From the NCBI GenBank assembly GCA_964016885.1, contig OZ024741.1, forward strand, positions 275,218,001 through 275,282,000: a stretch of 64,000 bases of DNA. Reading direction: 5' to 3'. The notes beneath the pieces were generated by a model. It searched no databases, was not told the origin of the DNA, and saw only the letters and a program-made list of their open reading frames with translations. Below are positions 14,047 to 29,805 of this stretch, one piece after another. A program made the position numbers and the translations under genes. How positions within the stretch are numbered: position 1 is the stretch's first letter; each line of letters begins with the position of its first letter. This stretch comes from Eledone cirrhosa. Its lineage: Eukaryota.

Positions 14047-14066
14047 GTCTGTCTGTCTGTCTGTCA
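13660..14066. repeat. (GTCT)n/(ATCT)n microsatellite
   Basis: Direct. Confidence 0.9.
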
Positions 14067-14154
14067 GCTGATATTTCTGCCCTGTTACACAGTAAATAGC
14101 TCCAGTATTTCTCTGATCATGGAAGGTTTACCTTCACTTCCTTTCTCCCCTCAA

Positions 14155-17100
14155 AAAACAACAACTACAACAACAACAACACCACCACCACCAGCAACAA
14201 CAAAAAATGTAACATCAACAACAACACCAACACCAATACCAACACCACCAACAACAGCAACACCACCAACAACACCAACAAATGTAACAGCAACAACAGC
14301 AAAACCATCACCACAAACACCGCCACCACCAACACCACCATCACCACCAACACCTACCAACACCACTACCACCACCAACACCAAAACCACCAACAACAGC
14401 ACCACCGCTACCACCAACACCAATACCACCACCACCAACAACAACAACAACACCACTACCACCAACACCAACACGACCAATACCACCTCCACCAACACCA
14501 CCACCTCCACCAACACCACCACAACCAACACCACCACTACCAATACCACCAACACCACCGCCAACACCACCTCCCCCCCACCTCCACACCACCAACACCA
14601 CCACTACCAACACCACCACCACCATCACCAACAACAACACCACCAACACCACTACCACCAACACCAACACGACCAATACCACCTCCACCTCTACCAACAC
14701 CACCACCTCCACCAACACCACCACCACCAACACCACCACTACCAACAGCACCACTACCAATACCACCAACACCGCCAACACCACCTCCACCACCCCCACC
14801 TCCACACCACCACCACCACCACTACCACCACCAACACCGCCTCCACCACCACCACTACCAACACCACCACCACCAATACCACCTCCACCAACACCACCTC
14901 CACCCCCCCACCTCCACACCACCACCACTACCAACACCACCACCACCACTACCACCTCCACCAACACCACCAACAACAACAACTGAACATCTGTTTATCC
15001 AAAAAAACCCACTAAGAAATGTCAGTAATTTCAGTTGGTTCGGAAGTTCTGGGGTCAGGGTTAACTTTGATCCCGGCAACACCACCACCACCACCACTAC
15101 CACCACCATCATCAACACCACCAACACTACTACAACCACCACCATCACCACCACCACCACTATCACCACAACCAACACCACCACTATCACCACCACCTCC
15201 ATCACCACCATAGCCAACACCACCATCACCATCATCACTAACACCACCACCACTATCACCACCAGTATTCCACTATCACCACCACCACTATCACCACCAG
15301 TATTCCACTATCACCACCATCACCACCACTACTACCACCACCATCACTATCACCACCACTATTACCACCACTACTACCGCTATCACAACCACCACCACCA
15401 TCACCACCACCACCACCACCACCACCACCACCACCACCACCACCACCACCACCACCACCACCACCATCAACACCACCACTATCACTACAACAACCACCAT
15501 CACCAACACCACCACTATCACCACCACTACTACCACGATCACCACCACCACCAACACCACTATCACCCCACCACCACCACAAACACCACCATTATCACCA
15601 CCACTACTACCACTATCACCACCATCACCATCACCACCACCATCACCACTACTACTACCTCTATCTATCACCACCACCAACACTACCATAACCAACACCA
15701 CCATCACCAACACCACTACTACCATAACCAACACCACCATCACCAACACCACTACTACCATTACTACCATCACCACCACTACTACCATTACCATCACCAC
15801 CACCATCGCTAACACCAACACCAACTCCACCGCCACCAACTTCACTAACACCAACACCACCACTACTACCATCACCACCACCATCGCTAACACCAACACC
15901 AACTCTACCGCCACCAACTCCACCACCACTACCATCACCAACACTACCATCACCAACACCACCACCACCACCATCGCTAACACCAACACCAACACTACCA
16001 TAACCACCACCACCACCATCACCACCACCATCGCTAACACCAACACCAACTCCACCATCACCAACACCACCACCACCACCATCGCTAACACCAACACCAA
16101 CTCCACCACCACCAACTCCACCACCACCAACTCCACCATCACCAACACCACCAACTCCACCACCACCAACACTACCACCACCATCACCACCATCACCAAC
16201 ACCAACACTACCATCAACAACACCACCACCACCACCATCACCAACACCACCACTATCACCACCACCATCACCATCACCACCAACACCAACACCACCAACA
16301 CCAACACCACCATCACCAACACCAACACTACCATCACCAACACCACCATCACCAACCCCACCACCACCATCACTACTACCATCGCCACCACCATCACCGC
16401 CACCAACTCCACAACCACCGCCACCACCATTACCACCACCATCACCAACACCACCACCAACTCCACCACCACCGCCACCACCATCACCAACTCCACCACC
16501 ACCACCACCACCACCGCCACCACCATCACCACCACCATCACCACCACCATCACCAACACTACCATCACCATCACCACCATCACCAATACCACCACTACCA
16601 TCACCAACACCACCATTACCATCACCGCCACCATCGCTAACACCAACACCAACTCCATCACCAACACTACCATCACCACCATCACCAACACCACCATCAC
16701 CAACACCACCACCACCACTACCATCACCAACACTACCATCACCAACACCACCACCACCATCGCTAACACCAACACCAACTTCACCGCCACCAACTCCACC
16801 ATCACCAACACCACCACCACCACTACACCATCACCACCACCATCACCAACACTACCATCACCACCATCACCAACACCACCATCACCAACACTACCATCAC
16901 CACCACCATCACCAACACTACCATCACCACTACTACCATCACCACCACCATCACCAACACTACCATCACCACCACCATCACCAACACTACCATCACCACC
17001 ACCATCACCAACACTACCATCACCACTACTACCATCACAAAAGGTATTGTTACAATGAGTACTGGGTGGGTAGTTGAGCATATGGGTGTGAGCAGAGTGC

Positions 17101-17895
17101 ACAGGGACCTGTGGTGGGGTGGGTGAGGGTGGTAGTTGAGGATGAGGGTGGGGTGGATTGTAGGTGGGGGTGGAGATGGTGGTGGTAGTTGATGGTGAGG
17201 GTGGTGGTGGTGGTAGGTGAGGGTAGGGGTGATAGGTGAGGGTGGGGATGATGGTGGTAGGTGAGAGTGAGGGTGGTGATGGTGGTTGTAGGTGAGGGTG
17301 GGGATTGGGGTGGTAGGTGAAGGTGAGGGTAGGGGTGATAGGTGAGGGTGGGGATGATGGTGGTAGGTGATGGGTGGGATGGGGTGGTAGATGAGGGTGG
17401 GAGGTGAGGAAGATGATGTTAGAGGTGTAGGATTGTGGTGGTGGTGGTGGTGTCCTGGTCGTGGGGTTGTTGTTGTTGGTGGTGGTGGTGGTGATGGTAG
17501 AAGTTTGTGATTGCGGAGGGGTTGCGGGGAATTGCGATGGTGGTAGGGTTGTTGGTAGGTGTGGTGGTGGTGATGGCACTGTTGTTGTTGGTGGTGGTGG
17601 TGGCGGTGGTAGCGGCTGTGGTGGTGGCAGTGGTAGTTGTGGCAGTGTTAGTGGTGGTGGCTGTGCTGGCAGCAGTAATGGTGGTGGTAGTGGTGATGTC
17701 TGTGGCGGTGGTGGTGGTAGTTGTGGCAGCAGTAGTGGTGGTGGAAGTGTTAGTGGTGGCGATGTCTGGTGGTGGTAGTTGTGGCAGCAGTAGTTGTGGT
17801 GGTGGTGGTGGCAGCAGTAGTTGTGGTGGTGGCAGTGATGACAGTGGTGGTGGTGGTGGCAGTTGTGGCAGTGGTAGTGGTGGCGGTGGCAGTGG
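14155..17895. repeat. Large degenerate (ACC)n block (to about 17038) followed by a (GGT)n block (from about 17110)
   Basis: Direct; strand polarity switches across a short unique spacer. Confidence 0.9.
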
Positions 17896-18287
17896 CCCTT
17901 CATCTTTATCTCATGCCTTCTGTTCTTTATCTTTTCATCTGTTATCTTTCAACCCATTCCTTCAATATTACTGTTTTAATTTGTCAACATATTTTACTGG
18001 TCACATGACTTCATCATCATCATCATCATCATCATCACCATCATCACCATTTTAACATACACATAGTCTTCATGCTATGGGTTGTATATGTCGCTGTTGT
18101 TGTTTAGCCCCAGGTCAGCCCTGCTCAAGTTGACCTCCGTTCCTATATGATCAAAGACCATTGTCTACCTAAAATAGTTTGATGAGATTTGGCTGTTATT
18201 TTTAGTATGTCAAGCAACCAACTAAAGACACCCTCATTGGCTTGTGGTAGAGACAGTAACGTTGTTAGAACTCCATGTCGTATTGAA

Positions 18288-18801
18288 ATAATGGTTTCTT
18301 ATGGCACAAGGCCAGCAATTTTGGGGGAGGGGAAAGTTGATTAAATCGACCCAGTGTGTGACTGGTACTTTATTTTATCGACCCCCCGTAAGGATAAAAA
18401 GCAAAGTTAACTTCGACGGGATTTGAACTCAGATCATAAAGGGCCGAAACTCTATGCTGAAAAGCATGGCATCCAGCCCTCTACCGATACTGCCAATCCG
18501 CTGTAGTGTTGAAATAATAATTCCAAAAGATTACAAGAAGGAATGTTCTCTTTGTGGATAATGGCAGGAGAGAAAGAGAAATATTTAGCATAATATGTTC
18601 TGGGTATATTACATAAAATAATTGTTTCTACTTTTGGCACAAGGCCAGCAATTACTCAGTACATTACTGGTACTTTATTTTATCGACCCCGTAAGGATGA
18701 AAGACAAAGTTAACCTTGGCGGAATTTGAACTCAGAACGTAAAAGGACGTAACTCTATGCTGCAAAGCATGTTGTCCAACCCTCTACCGATACTCCCAAT
18801 C
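18288..18801 (-). mobile_element. Composite SINE-spacer-SINE unit (copy 1)
   Basis: Very similar to 61903-62425, including the roughly 120-bp non-SINE spacer. Confidence 0.8.
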
Positions 18802-19120
18802 AAATAATATGGAATAATATGGAGTTAAAGCTTCTTGAAGGCAGTGTTCCAGCATGGCCACAGCCTAATGAGTGAAACATGGTAAAAGACTACAAGACAA
18901 TGTTCTCTTTATGGTTGGTGGTAGGAAAGTAAGAGAAATACCCAACATAAATTATGTACTGTGGGTGGGGGGGGGCTGATAATATGGACTAACTTTTCTT
19001 AAAGGCAGTGTTCCAGTATGGCCACAGCCTAATGAATGAAAAGCCAGTAAAAGACTAAAAGATAGAATGTTCTTTTTATAGCTGATGGCATAAAAATATA
19101 TTCTGGGGATATTACATAAA

Positions 19121-19305
19121 ATAATTGTTTCTACTTTTGGCACAAGGCCAGCAATTATCCCAGTGCATTACTGGTGCTTTATTTTATCGACCCCGTAAGG
19201 ATGAAAGGCAAAGTTAACCTAGGCAGGATTTGAACTCAGACCGTAAAGGGACGTAACTCTGTCCTGCAAAGCATGGCGCCCGACTCTCTACCGTTACTGC
19301 CAATC
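19121..19305 (-). mobile_element. SINE family A among three degenerate tandem copies of another SINE 3' end (18800-19440)
   Basis: AAGGCAGTG.TCCAG..TGGCCA..GCCTAATGA.TGAAA repeated three times. Confidence 0.75.
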
Positions 19306-19805
19306 GACCACCCCTAAACCAATAATATGGACTTAAAGCTTCTTGAAGGCAGTGATCCAGCTTGGCCAGTGCCTAATGAGTGAAAAACCATTAAAAGACT
19401 AAAAGACAGAATGTTCTCTTTATGGTTGGCGGCAGTAAGAGTAAATAACTGAAAGTAATTGCAAGTAATTGTATTTACTGAGCAAATATATGCAGAAGGT
19501 TTCGTCTAAAAGAGCACAATTACTGAATTATCGGTAAAATCTGTTGGTACAGAAAAGGTTACACTATGAAGTGTGGAATGTTCTAGAGACCCCATTACTA
19601 AGAATTTCTGTGAACACAAGTTATTAAGGGCAAATTTATTTCATAACACCTTTTATAGAAACAAATATTTCTTTCTTCTGTTTTGTGTTTTTTTTCTTTT
19701 GTTTTTTTTTCTTTTGTGTGTGTGTGTGTGTTTATGTTTATGTTTAATGCAGTCACATTCACAAATGAGTGTCATTTATATATTTATATATATGCCTACA
19801 GAGTG

Positions 19806-19848
<43 letters not shown>

Positions 19849-19962
19849 GTGTGTGTGTGTGTATATATACATACACCATAAAAAGTAGGGAGTTTGGTGT
19901 TTAATAATATTATGTCTCAATTAGTAAAATATCTATATATACATATATGATATATACACACA

Positions 19963-20004
<42 letters not shown>

Positions 20005-20048
20005 TTATATGAAAAGGAGGTCATATATGTGATCATTCATTAATAAAT

Positions 20049-20095
20049 TGCTCCGAAGAATCCAAACCTCGGTTTGGAGGAAACAATTGTAAGCA
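20049..20095 (+). ncRNA. Minimal type I hammerhead with U4C core mutation
   Basis: TGCT-CCGAAGA-A-TCCAAACC-TC-GGTTTGGA-G-GAAA-CAATTG-T-A-AGCA. Confidence 0.65.
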
Positions 20096-20298
20096 TATAA
20101 ATGATTTGAACAGAACTTTGATTCATATAACTTATATATAACTGCTCTGTTAAACAACTGATGTTATTACATTGAGCTATTTATCTTACTGGTAATAAGG
20201 TAGTAATATATTACTGCCTATCACTATTTAGGGTTTGAAAAAATATATATAACTACAAAAGGTTTTTGTATATGCATAACCATAAATAGTATCCTTAA

Positions 20299-20343
<45 letters not shown>

Positions 20344-21385
20344 GAGCGAGAAGACCGTCATCAGTGATCTTCCAGCCGTCGTTGGTATTTCTTCGCATTA
20401 AAGATCATATACCTCTGGCTGGTGCGAACAATAACTACAAAAAGTTATTGGGACACGTAGAATAGGGTGAAGCGAGTGGGACATGTAAACAAACATAGAT
20501 GGTAATGCAACGGAAAGAGGGGAAGAGGGGTAACAAGTCCGTGATATCTGTGAATTTAAGTTCGATCAAATCATGGACGAGGAGAGACACAGACACGCCT
20601 AGACCATGTGAAATGTGAGCGAGAAAAGGATTCCACACAGGTCAGACGGAAGGAAGTGAGAGAGGGGGAGTAGCAGAGAGTGAGTGAGTGAAAGTGTGAG
20701 GAAGAGGCCAGCTGAGAGAGAGAGAGTGACTGGCAGAGGAGGTGAAATGAAGGCGAGAGATACAGGAGGAGGGAAAGAGGATAGTAGTAAGAAAGAAACA
20801 GACTGGTCACAGCGGAGGGAAAAATATAAATGAAAAATGGTGTGCTGCGTTGTTGCAAATGGGATATATATGAATAAAATTAGAGCGAGAAGACAGGGCG
20901 TCTGTCATCAGTGATCTTCCAGCCGTCATTGGTATTTCTTCGCATTAAAGATCATATACCTCTGGTTGTTTACATGTCTCGCTCGTTTCTACGTGTCCCA
21001 ATAAGAGCGAGATGTGTCCCAATAACTTTTTTTAGTTATTGCTCGCTCTAATTTTATTCATATGTATCCCATTTGCAACAACGCAGCACGCCATTTTTCA
21101 TATATATATATATACACATATATACATGCACACACGCACATACACAAATATAAAGTGGTTGGCATTAGGAAGGGTATATGTATTTTAAGCTATGTTCCGA
21201 TTCAAGCTATGGTTGTATCTAGTTTTGAAGTGGAATGATATATGATAGTGAGTTTGTCTAATTTGACCACTGAGTGTTGAGTTCTAGTCTCTTGTTACTT
21301 CGATTTTGAGTTTGGTTATTATTATAGATTCTTTGAGTCTGAGGTTGCCAGTGTTCCTATCTTTGACTTCATTATTTATGTTCAT

Positions 21386-21605
21386 GGGCGGTGGATTGGC
21401 AATATCGGTAGAGGGTCGAAAGCCATGCTTTGCAGCATAGAGTTACGGCCCTTTATGATCTGAGTTCAAATCCCGCCAAGGTTAACTTTACCTTTCATCC
21501 TTACGGGGTCGATAAAATAAAGTACCAGTCACGTACTGGGGTCGATTTAATCGACCTTTCCCAGCAAAAAAATAATTGCTGGCCTTGTGCCTATATAAGA
21601 AACCA
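21386..21605 (+). mobile_element. Full-length SINE family A with target site duplication
   Basis: Flanked by the direct repeat ATTATTTATGTTCATG (21371 and 21606). Confidence 0.9.
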
Positions 21606-22214
21606 TTATTTATGTTCATGCATTTATCAATGTCTTTCTTGAAGGAGGATGTTTATATGTTGACATAACATCCCAGCATTATGATTTAACAATCAAAGTT
21701 TGATTCACATTGTGCTAATATAACAATATGTTCTCCACTTTACACCATGATTCCATCTATCTAACTACAACACTGTCTTATATGATATTCATTAAGAATT
21801 GTTGTATATATTTATATATAAGCCAAGAAATATTTGACAAAAAAAAATCGATAGTAAAATAGGTGTGAGCTTTTATTCGTGGTGAATATTTTGCCAAATC
21901 TCCACTAACTTCAAAATTCTACATAAATGAGGTGCTAAAATATTTTCACTTTGGAGGTGAATATTACACCGGTTTTACTTTCAATGTGAAATTCATATTT
22001 CCTTTTGTTTTTGTTGTTGGAAATTGGTAAAAAATCATTATGTAATGGAGTTGTGAAACAAAAACTGTCCTCTAAATGACACTTAAAGCATTTTAAATAT
22101 CAAAATATTGAGTCTTCATGAGAATTTCAAAATTGCACCATCTAAACATAATGTGTTGATTACCTGCCCCTGCTAATTAACAGGGTCTGGATTTTTGTCT
22201 CTTTCTCACTCATA

Positions 22215-23560
22215 GTGGTGTAGAATGTCTGGTTGGATGATGGTGGCGGTGGTGGTGGTTGTTGGTGTTAGTGGAGTAGGGAGAGTGGTGCTGGTGGTGG
22301 TGGTGGTGTAGAATGTCTGGTTGGATGATGGTGGCGGTGGTGGTGGTTGTTGGTGTTAGTGGAGTAGGGAGAGTGGTGGTGGTGGTGGTGGTGGTGTAGA
22401 ATGTCTGGTTGGATGATGGTGGCAGTGGTGGTGGTTGTTGGTGTTAGTGGAGTAGGGAGAGTGGTGCTGGTGGTGGTGGTGTAGAATGTCTGGTTGGATG
22501 ATGGTGGCAGTGGTGGTGGTTGTTGGTGTTAGTGGAGTAGGGAGAGTGGTGCTGGTGGTGGTGGTGGTGTAGAATGTCTGGTTGGATGATGGTGGCGGTG
22601 GTGGTGGTTGTTGGTGTTAGTGGAGTAGGGAGTGTGGTGCTGGTGGTGGTGGTGGTGTAGAATGTCTGGTTGGATGATGGTGGCGGTGGTGGTGGTTGTT
22701 GGTGTTAGTGGAGTAGGGAGTGTGGTGGTGGTGGTGGTGGTGGTGTAGAATGTCTGGTTGGATGATGGTGGCGGTGGTGGTGGTTGTTGGTGTTAGTGGA
22801 GTAGGGAGTGTGGTGGTGGTGGTGTAGAATGTCTGGTTGGATGATGGTGGCGGTGGTGGTGGTTGTTGGTGTTAGTGGAGTAGGGAGTGTGGTGGTGGTG
22901 GTGTAGAATGTCTGGTTGGATGATGGTGGCGGTGGTGGTGGTTGTTGGTGTTAGTGGAGTAGGGAGTGTGGTGCTGGTGGTGGTGGTGGTGTAGAATGTC
23001 TGGTTGGATGATGGTGGCGGTGGTGGTGGTTGTTGGTGTTAGTGGAGTAGGGAGTGTGGTGCTGGTGGTGGTGGTGGTGTAGAATGTCTGGTTGGATGAT
23101 GGTGGCGGTGGTGGTGGTTGTTGGTGTTAGTGGAGTAGGGAGTGTGGTGGTGGTGGTGTAGAATGTCTGGTTGGATGATGGTGGCGGTGGTGGTGGTTGT
23201 TGGTGTTAGTGGAGTAGGGAGTGTGGTGGTGGTGGTGGTGGTGGTGTAGAATGTCTGGTTGGATGATGGTGGCGGTGGTGGTGGTTGTTGGTGTTAGTGG
23301 AGTTGGGAGTGTGGTGGTGGTGGTGTAGAATGTCTGGTTGGATGATGGTGGCGGTGGTGGTGGTTGTTGGTGTTAGTGGAGTAGGGAGTGTGGTGGTGGT
23401 GGTGTAGAATGTCTGGTTGGATGATGGTGGCGGTGGTGGTGGTTGTTGGTGTTAGTGGAGTAGGGAGTGTGGTGGTGGTGGTGATGAATGTCTGGTTGGA
23501 TGGTGGTGGTGGCGGTGGTGGTGATGAATGTCTGGTTGGATGGTGGTGGTGGTGGTGATG
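22215..23560. repeat. Roughly 63-75 bp GT-rich minisatellite (GTAGAATGTCTGGTTGGATGATGGTGGCGG...GGAGTAGGGAG)
   Basis: About 19 units with variable (GGT)n length. Confidence 0.95.
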
Positions 23561-23814
23561 AACTAGTGTTAGAGAGCACCCTCTCAGTAATGTTAAAGGT
23601 CGAAGTGCAATGGACCTGGCTGGAGACTGGACTGAAGTGGACCCTACAATTGACCAGCTAGGGTACAGGGGCCAGATATAAAGGGTATCTACAAGAACTA
23701 ATCCTTAGTCCTCAAGGTTCACTTCTATAAAACTACATTAAGGTCTTATCTAAATGGATTTATCTAATTTGGTTAAGTAATGTTTCTCTGGCGTCCCCAC
23801 CCCTGCTGTGAGAG

Positions 23815-23888
23815 TTGTACTACTAGTTGTTGTTGTTTCAGTAGTTATTGTTGTTGCTGTAGTAGTTGTAGTCGTTGTTATTGTTCTT

Positions 23889-23944
<56 letters not shown>

Positions 23945-24310
23945 TGTTGTTGTTGTTGTTGTTGCAGTAATTATAGTAGTAGTAGTAGTAGTAGTAGTAG
24001 TAGCAGCAGCAGTAGTAGTAGTAGTAGTAGTAGTAGTAGCAATAGCAATAGTAGTAGTAGTAGTAATAGTAGTAGTAGTAATATTTGTCGTTTTTATTGT
24101 TGTTGTTGCAGTAATTGTACTAGTTGTTGTTACTGTTGTAGTAGCAGTAGTAGTAGCAGCAATAGTAGTAGTAGTAGTAGTAGTAGTAGTAATATTTGTC
24201 GTTGTTTTTATTGTTGTTAATGTTATTGTTATTTTTGTTAATTGTTTTTGTAGTTGTTAATCTCATAGCTGTTGTTACTGTTGTTGTTACTGTTGTTGTA
24301 GCTGTCGTTC
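23815..24310. repeat. (GTA)n/(GTT)n repeat
   Basis: Direct. Confidence 0.9.
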
Positions 24311-24480
24311 TTGCTAATGTCCCGTGTTTTCCATCAAATCAACAGAATTCCTCTGACAACCACCTCCTCCTCTCCCCCTAACACACGCCATCTCCCACTT
24401 TTACATTATATAAGGCCCACATATACATCTGCACGTATAATCTCTTAGGCGTACACACACACACACATATACACATATAT

Positions 24481-24595
<115 letters not shown>

Positions 24596-24627
24596 TATAT
24601 ACGTATGTACATATATATATACATATA

Positions 24628-24693
<66 letters not shown>

Positions 24694-24716
24694 AATGCAC
24701 ATACATATGTACATAC

Positions 24717-24775
<59 letters not shown>

Positions 24776-24806
24776 TACATATGTACATACATTTATATAT
24801 ATATAT

Positions 24807-24845
<39 letters not shown>

Positions 24846-25239
24846 AATATATATATATATGTATGTATACATATATACATACATACATACATACATACAT
24901 ACATACATACACATACATATATATATACACTCAGAGATCTAAGTGTGTAAATAAATGGGTGAATGGATGTATACATTAGACAAGTAAATAAACCGAGTGA
25001 GTTCTAATGTTGTTTGGAGATGAAGTGGTGAGGAAGGATATATACACACTATACTACCAACACTTTATATACACACTGTATATATATATATATACACCAC
25101 AACCACCACCACCCATACCACTACTACTGCCACCACTATACGGTACCACTGGTCTGCACCAATACACACACTCACTCTATTAATACATTAACTCATGTCA
25201 CACACTGAAATCCCAGCATGGCACTTCACTCACGCTCTG

Positions 25240-26230
25240 TACACACACAGACACACACACACACACAGAGAGACACACACACACACACAGACACACACAG
25301 ACACACAGAGACACACACACACAGACACAGACACACACGCAGAGACACACAGAGACACACACACAGATACACACACATACACACACAGACACACACACAC
25401 AGACACAGACACGCGCGCTTTTCTACACACATATGCTTCACATACACACATACATGCTTTCTACACACACACATACACATACATGCGTTCTACACATACA
25501 CATACATGTTTTCTACACACATACACACACACGCTTTTCTACACACATGCTTCACATACACACATACATGCTTTCTACACACACACATACACATACATGC
25601 GTTCTACACATACACATACATGTTTTCTACACACATACACACACACGCTTTTCTACACACATATGCGTCACATACACACATACATGCTTTCTACACACAC
25701 ACACACACACACATACACATACATGCGTTCTACACATACACATACATGTTTTCTACACATACATACATGCGTTCTACACAAATATGCTTCACGTACACAT
25801 ATACATGCTTTCTACACATACACACATGCTTTCTACATATACATTCATACATGCTTTCTGCACACACACACACACACGCTTTTCTACACACATATGCCTC
25901 ACATACACACATACAAGCTTTCTACACACACACACGCACTCTTTTCTACACACATATGCTTCACATACACTCATACATGCTTTCTACACATATACATATA
26001 CATGCTTTCTACACACATACACACACACGCTTTCTACACACACATACATGCTTTCTACACACTTACACATACATGCTTTCTACACACACATACATGCTTT
26101 CTACACACACACATTAATGGTTTCTACACATGCATACACATATTTTCTACACATAACCATACACAGACACGTTTTCCACACATACACACACATGCTTTCT
26201 ACACATACACATACAAACACATGCTCTAAA
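25240..26230. repeat. (CA)n-derived degenerate minisatellite with a TTTCTACAC core
   Basis: Direct. Confidence 0.85.
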
Positions 26231-26398
26231 CACACCCATGTGTATGAATCCACATGGACACTCACACACATATATATATATATACTTGCAAACACAATAT
26301 ATACATATACATACACACATATACTCAGATTTATAGCTTTATATACACTCACACACTCACATTTATATACAACCACACTGTATATGAACACACACACA

Positions 26399-26464
<66 letters not shown>

Positions 26465-26561
26465 TATACACAAGAGAGGGAGAGAATGTTTATGTGTATC
26501 TGTCAGATATTGTCTAACCCATGCTAGCATGGAAAAATATATATGTATATATAAATAAACT

Positions 26562-26625
<64 letters not shown>

Positions 26626-26706
26626 TGTATGTACATATATGTATATATATGTATGTATGTATATGTATGTATATATATGTATGTATGTATATATGTATAT
26701 GTATGT

Positions 26707-26740
<34 letters not shown>

Positions 26741-26903
26741 GTATATATATATATGTATGTATGTATGTATATGTATGTATATATATATATGTATGTATGT
26801 ATATATATGTATGTATATATGTATCATCATTTCATCATTTCATTTTACGTCCGCTTTTCCCTGCTTGCAAGGGTGGGACGGGAACTGATTGTATATATGT
26901 ATG

Positions 26904-26936
<33 letters not shown>

Positions 26937-27455
26937 GTATATATATATATATATATATGTAGGCATATATATGTATGTATATATATATATATGTAGGCAT
27001 ATATGTATATATATATATATATATGTATATCTATACATACATATATATATTTGTGTGTGTGTGTGTGTGTGTATGACTGGGTGTTAGAGCATCACTTCCT
27101 CTCATATGTATATATAATATAAATGATTAAGATTTTTTATGATGATGCATTGATACACACAAAATGACAGAAAAAATGTGATGTTACTGCAATTACATTG
27201 TGAAGGAATGTCTGGAGTATTTCTACATATTTCTTTTATTGGGACTGGATATAAATAAGAGTAGCTAGATTTTTAGGACATGTATAACTTACTTTGGTGT
27301 TATTTAGATTGAAAAGTTTATAATATGGCTGAATGTTTGGAATATTTCTGTTGAATATCCTATATTGTTCCTGGGTTCAAATAAGAGTAGCTATATTTTT
27401 AGGACAAGTATAACTTACTTTGGTGTTGTTTAGATTGAAAGGTTTATATGGGTGA

Positions 27456-27793
27456 ATCATCATCATCATCAACATTTTACGTCCGCTTTTCTCTGCTTGC
27501 AAGGGTGGGCGGGAACTGATTCTGGCTTGATTTCTACAGCTGGATGCCCTTCCTAACACCAACCTCATTTACAGTGAGTGCTGGGTGCTTATTTGCCGTG
27601 GCACCTCCACGACCACTTTGCAGTGGAATGATATGGACCCCAGTCCCTATCTCATTTCTACAGCTGAGTAAACTGGAGCAATGTGAAATAAAGTGTCTTG
27701 CTCAAGGAAACAACACATCACCCGGTCTGAGAATTGAACTCACAACCTTTCGATTGCAAGGCCAATGCTCTAACCACTAAGCCATGTGCCTCC
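27456..27793 (-). mobile_element. Full-length tRNA/CORE SINE with RTE-derived 3' tail
   Basis: Reverse complement of 51788-52112; TGAAT occurs at both flanks; inserted in a local duplication of about 125 bp. Confidence 0.85.
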
Positions 27794-28558
27794 ATTGAAT
27801 GTCTGGAAATATTTTGTTTATGTTTATAACTTTATATCACCAGTCAAATCTATTTAATACATAACAAGCATTGCAGTTTCCTTTCTAACCAATCAAAATT
27901 TGAATCTGCAACATATTCAGTCATTGAAGAATTTCTCTGATTATGCAATAAGCAGTAACATAAAATGATTAGTATTTAAAAGAAAGCTTGGTGTGTTTGC
28001 ATGTGTGGATAGATAGACAGTAAAATTGATAATGGATTTACACTTAAAATATCTTCTTCAAACTAATACAAATTTCATTGTATGTTGTATACTTTTATTG
28101 ACTTATCAATAAATAGATATATATATACATGTAAATTTCGTATATCGAATAATATACGATATGTTTACAAATAAACATTTGAAAGCCTTTAGCTATGAAT
28201 TTTAAAGGTGGTGGCTGGTGTCACCTACCATCTTTCAGCAGAAGCATTGTTCCCTACAGCACTCTTCCTAGCTGTGTGAGTGACTGTTTTCAAGGTTACA
28301 CATCCCTCTCCTCTCCTCATACAGGAATTCAACCAACAAACATATGCAATAGCCTTGACAATGGCCACACACCCAGAAACAGCAGTCAGTTGCCCTCCCC
28401 CCTTGCTTTTGCAGGAACAAGGTAGTTGATCCCAGCCACCTACTTTAAAATTCATAGCTAAAGGCTTTTAAATGTTTGTTCATAAAGATATCGTATATTA
28501 TTCATATACATATTCATATACATGTATGTATATCTAGAGCTATGTTGGAGCAAACACC

Positions 28559-28629
<71 letters not shown>

Positions 28630-29037
28630 TCTCTCTCTTTCTCTCTCATATGTATATAAATATAGATATCTATATACACACACACTAAAGTATTTTTCTC
28701 ACAACTGCAGTTTCATGTCACTGCGATCTTTTGGCCTGAAGATCACAGTGGCATGAAACATGAATTGGAGAAAAACAGAAATACAGTTTAAATAAATAAT
28801 ACACTCTAGAACATATGCCAGAGTTTTCTCTTTCTCTTTTGTTAGCAAATTGGAACATTTGAATATATATATATATTTGAAATGGCTTGCTGAATACAAG
28901 CCAAAACTGCTTAACATTGCAGTTAGATTGTTACCTTCTTCTGTACCCACTCTGCTTCTTCCTATGCATAGAAATAGAGTATTCTCCTGATTTGTGGTCT
29001 CCCTGGTCTCAGCACCACAGACTTTAAATATATATAT

Positions 29038-29039
<2 letters not shown>

Positions 29040-29070
<31 letters not shown>

Positions 29071-29390
29071 GTTTAACGTCCATCTTCCAAGCTAGCACGG
29101 GTTTGGACGGGAATTTTCCCACTTGAGGCAAGATTGGTTATCCTGCTCATATAGGACTGTCTGGCGGGTTTTCTACGGCTGGATGCCCTTCCTAACATCA
29201 ACCACATTTACAGTGTGGACTGGGAGGTTTTTACCGTGTTACCTACACGGCCTCATTACAGCGTGGACTGTGTGTTTTTTTGTCGTGACACCTACACGAC
29301 CTCATTTGTTTCGGGCTGGATGTTGTGATACCAACATAACTTTACATAGGAAGGGGTGGTGTGGATGGGGTGGTGTGGATGGGGTGGGGA
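29040..29390 (-). mobile_element. Isolated 3' UTR of the RTE LINE family seen at 37181-39170
   Basis: Reverse-complement match to about 38830-39170 with a (GAT)n tail. Confidence 0.8.
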
Positions 29391-29571
29391 TAGTGGTATA
29401 TATATATATAGGAAAATGTGTGAAATCCTTCGTACAGTTAGGTATATTTGAAAAAAGGAAAAGAATGACTTGTAGTTCTAAACAATTTGATTTAATTTTA
29501 TAATATTATAATATTATAAAATTAAATCAAATTGTTTAGAACTACAAGTGAAGTCATTTTTTTCCTTTTTT

Positions 29572-29610
<39 letters not shown>

Positions 29611-29805
29611 CTATCCGGGATGTATATATGTACTATATATATGACTATCTGGGAGCTTTCAAATATATATATATATATATATATATATGACTATCCGGGG
29701 TGTATATATGTACTATAAATATGACTATCCGGGAGCTTCCAACAGTAATGGTCGCATTCTTTAAGGGTATGCCAATATTTATTTATAAAACTGTTCTATA
29801 TTATA

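Noticed and set aside
21270-21375. Minus-strand LRLKESIIITKLK as a second PLE endonuclease tail
   Set aside because: Too short and degenerate to support without a search.
27250-27460. Minus-strand GTAAGT donors suggesting duplicated exons
   Set aside because: They lie in a local degenerate duplication, one copy is interrupted by a SINE, and the peptide is unrecognisable.
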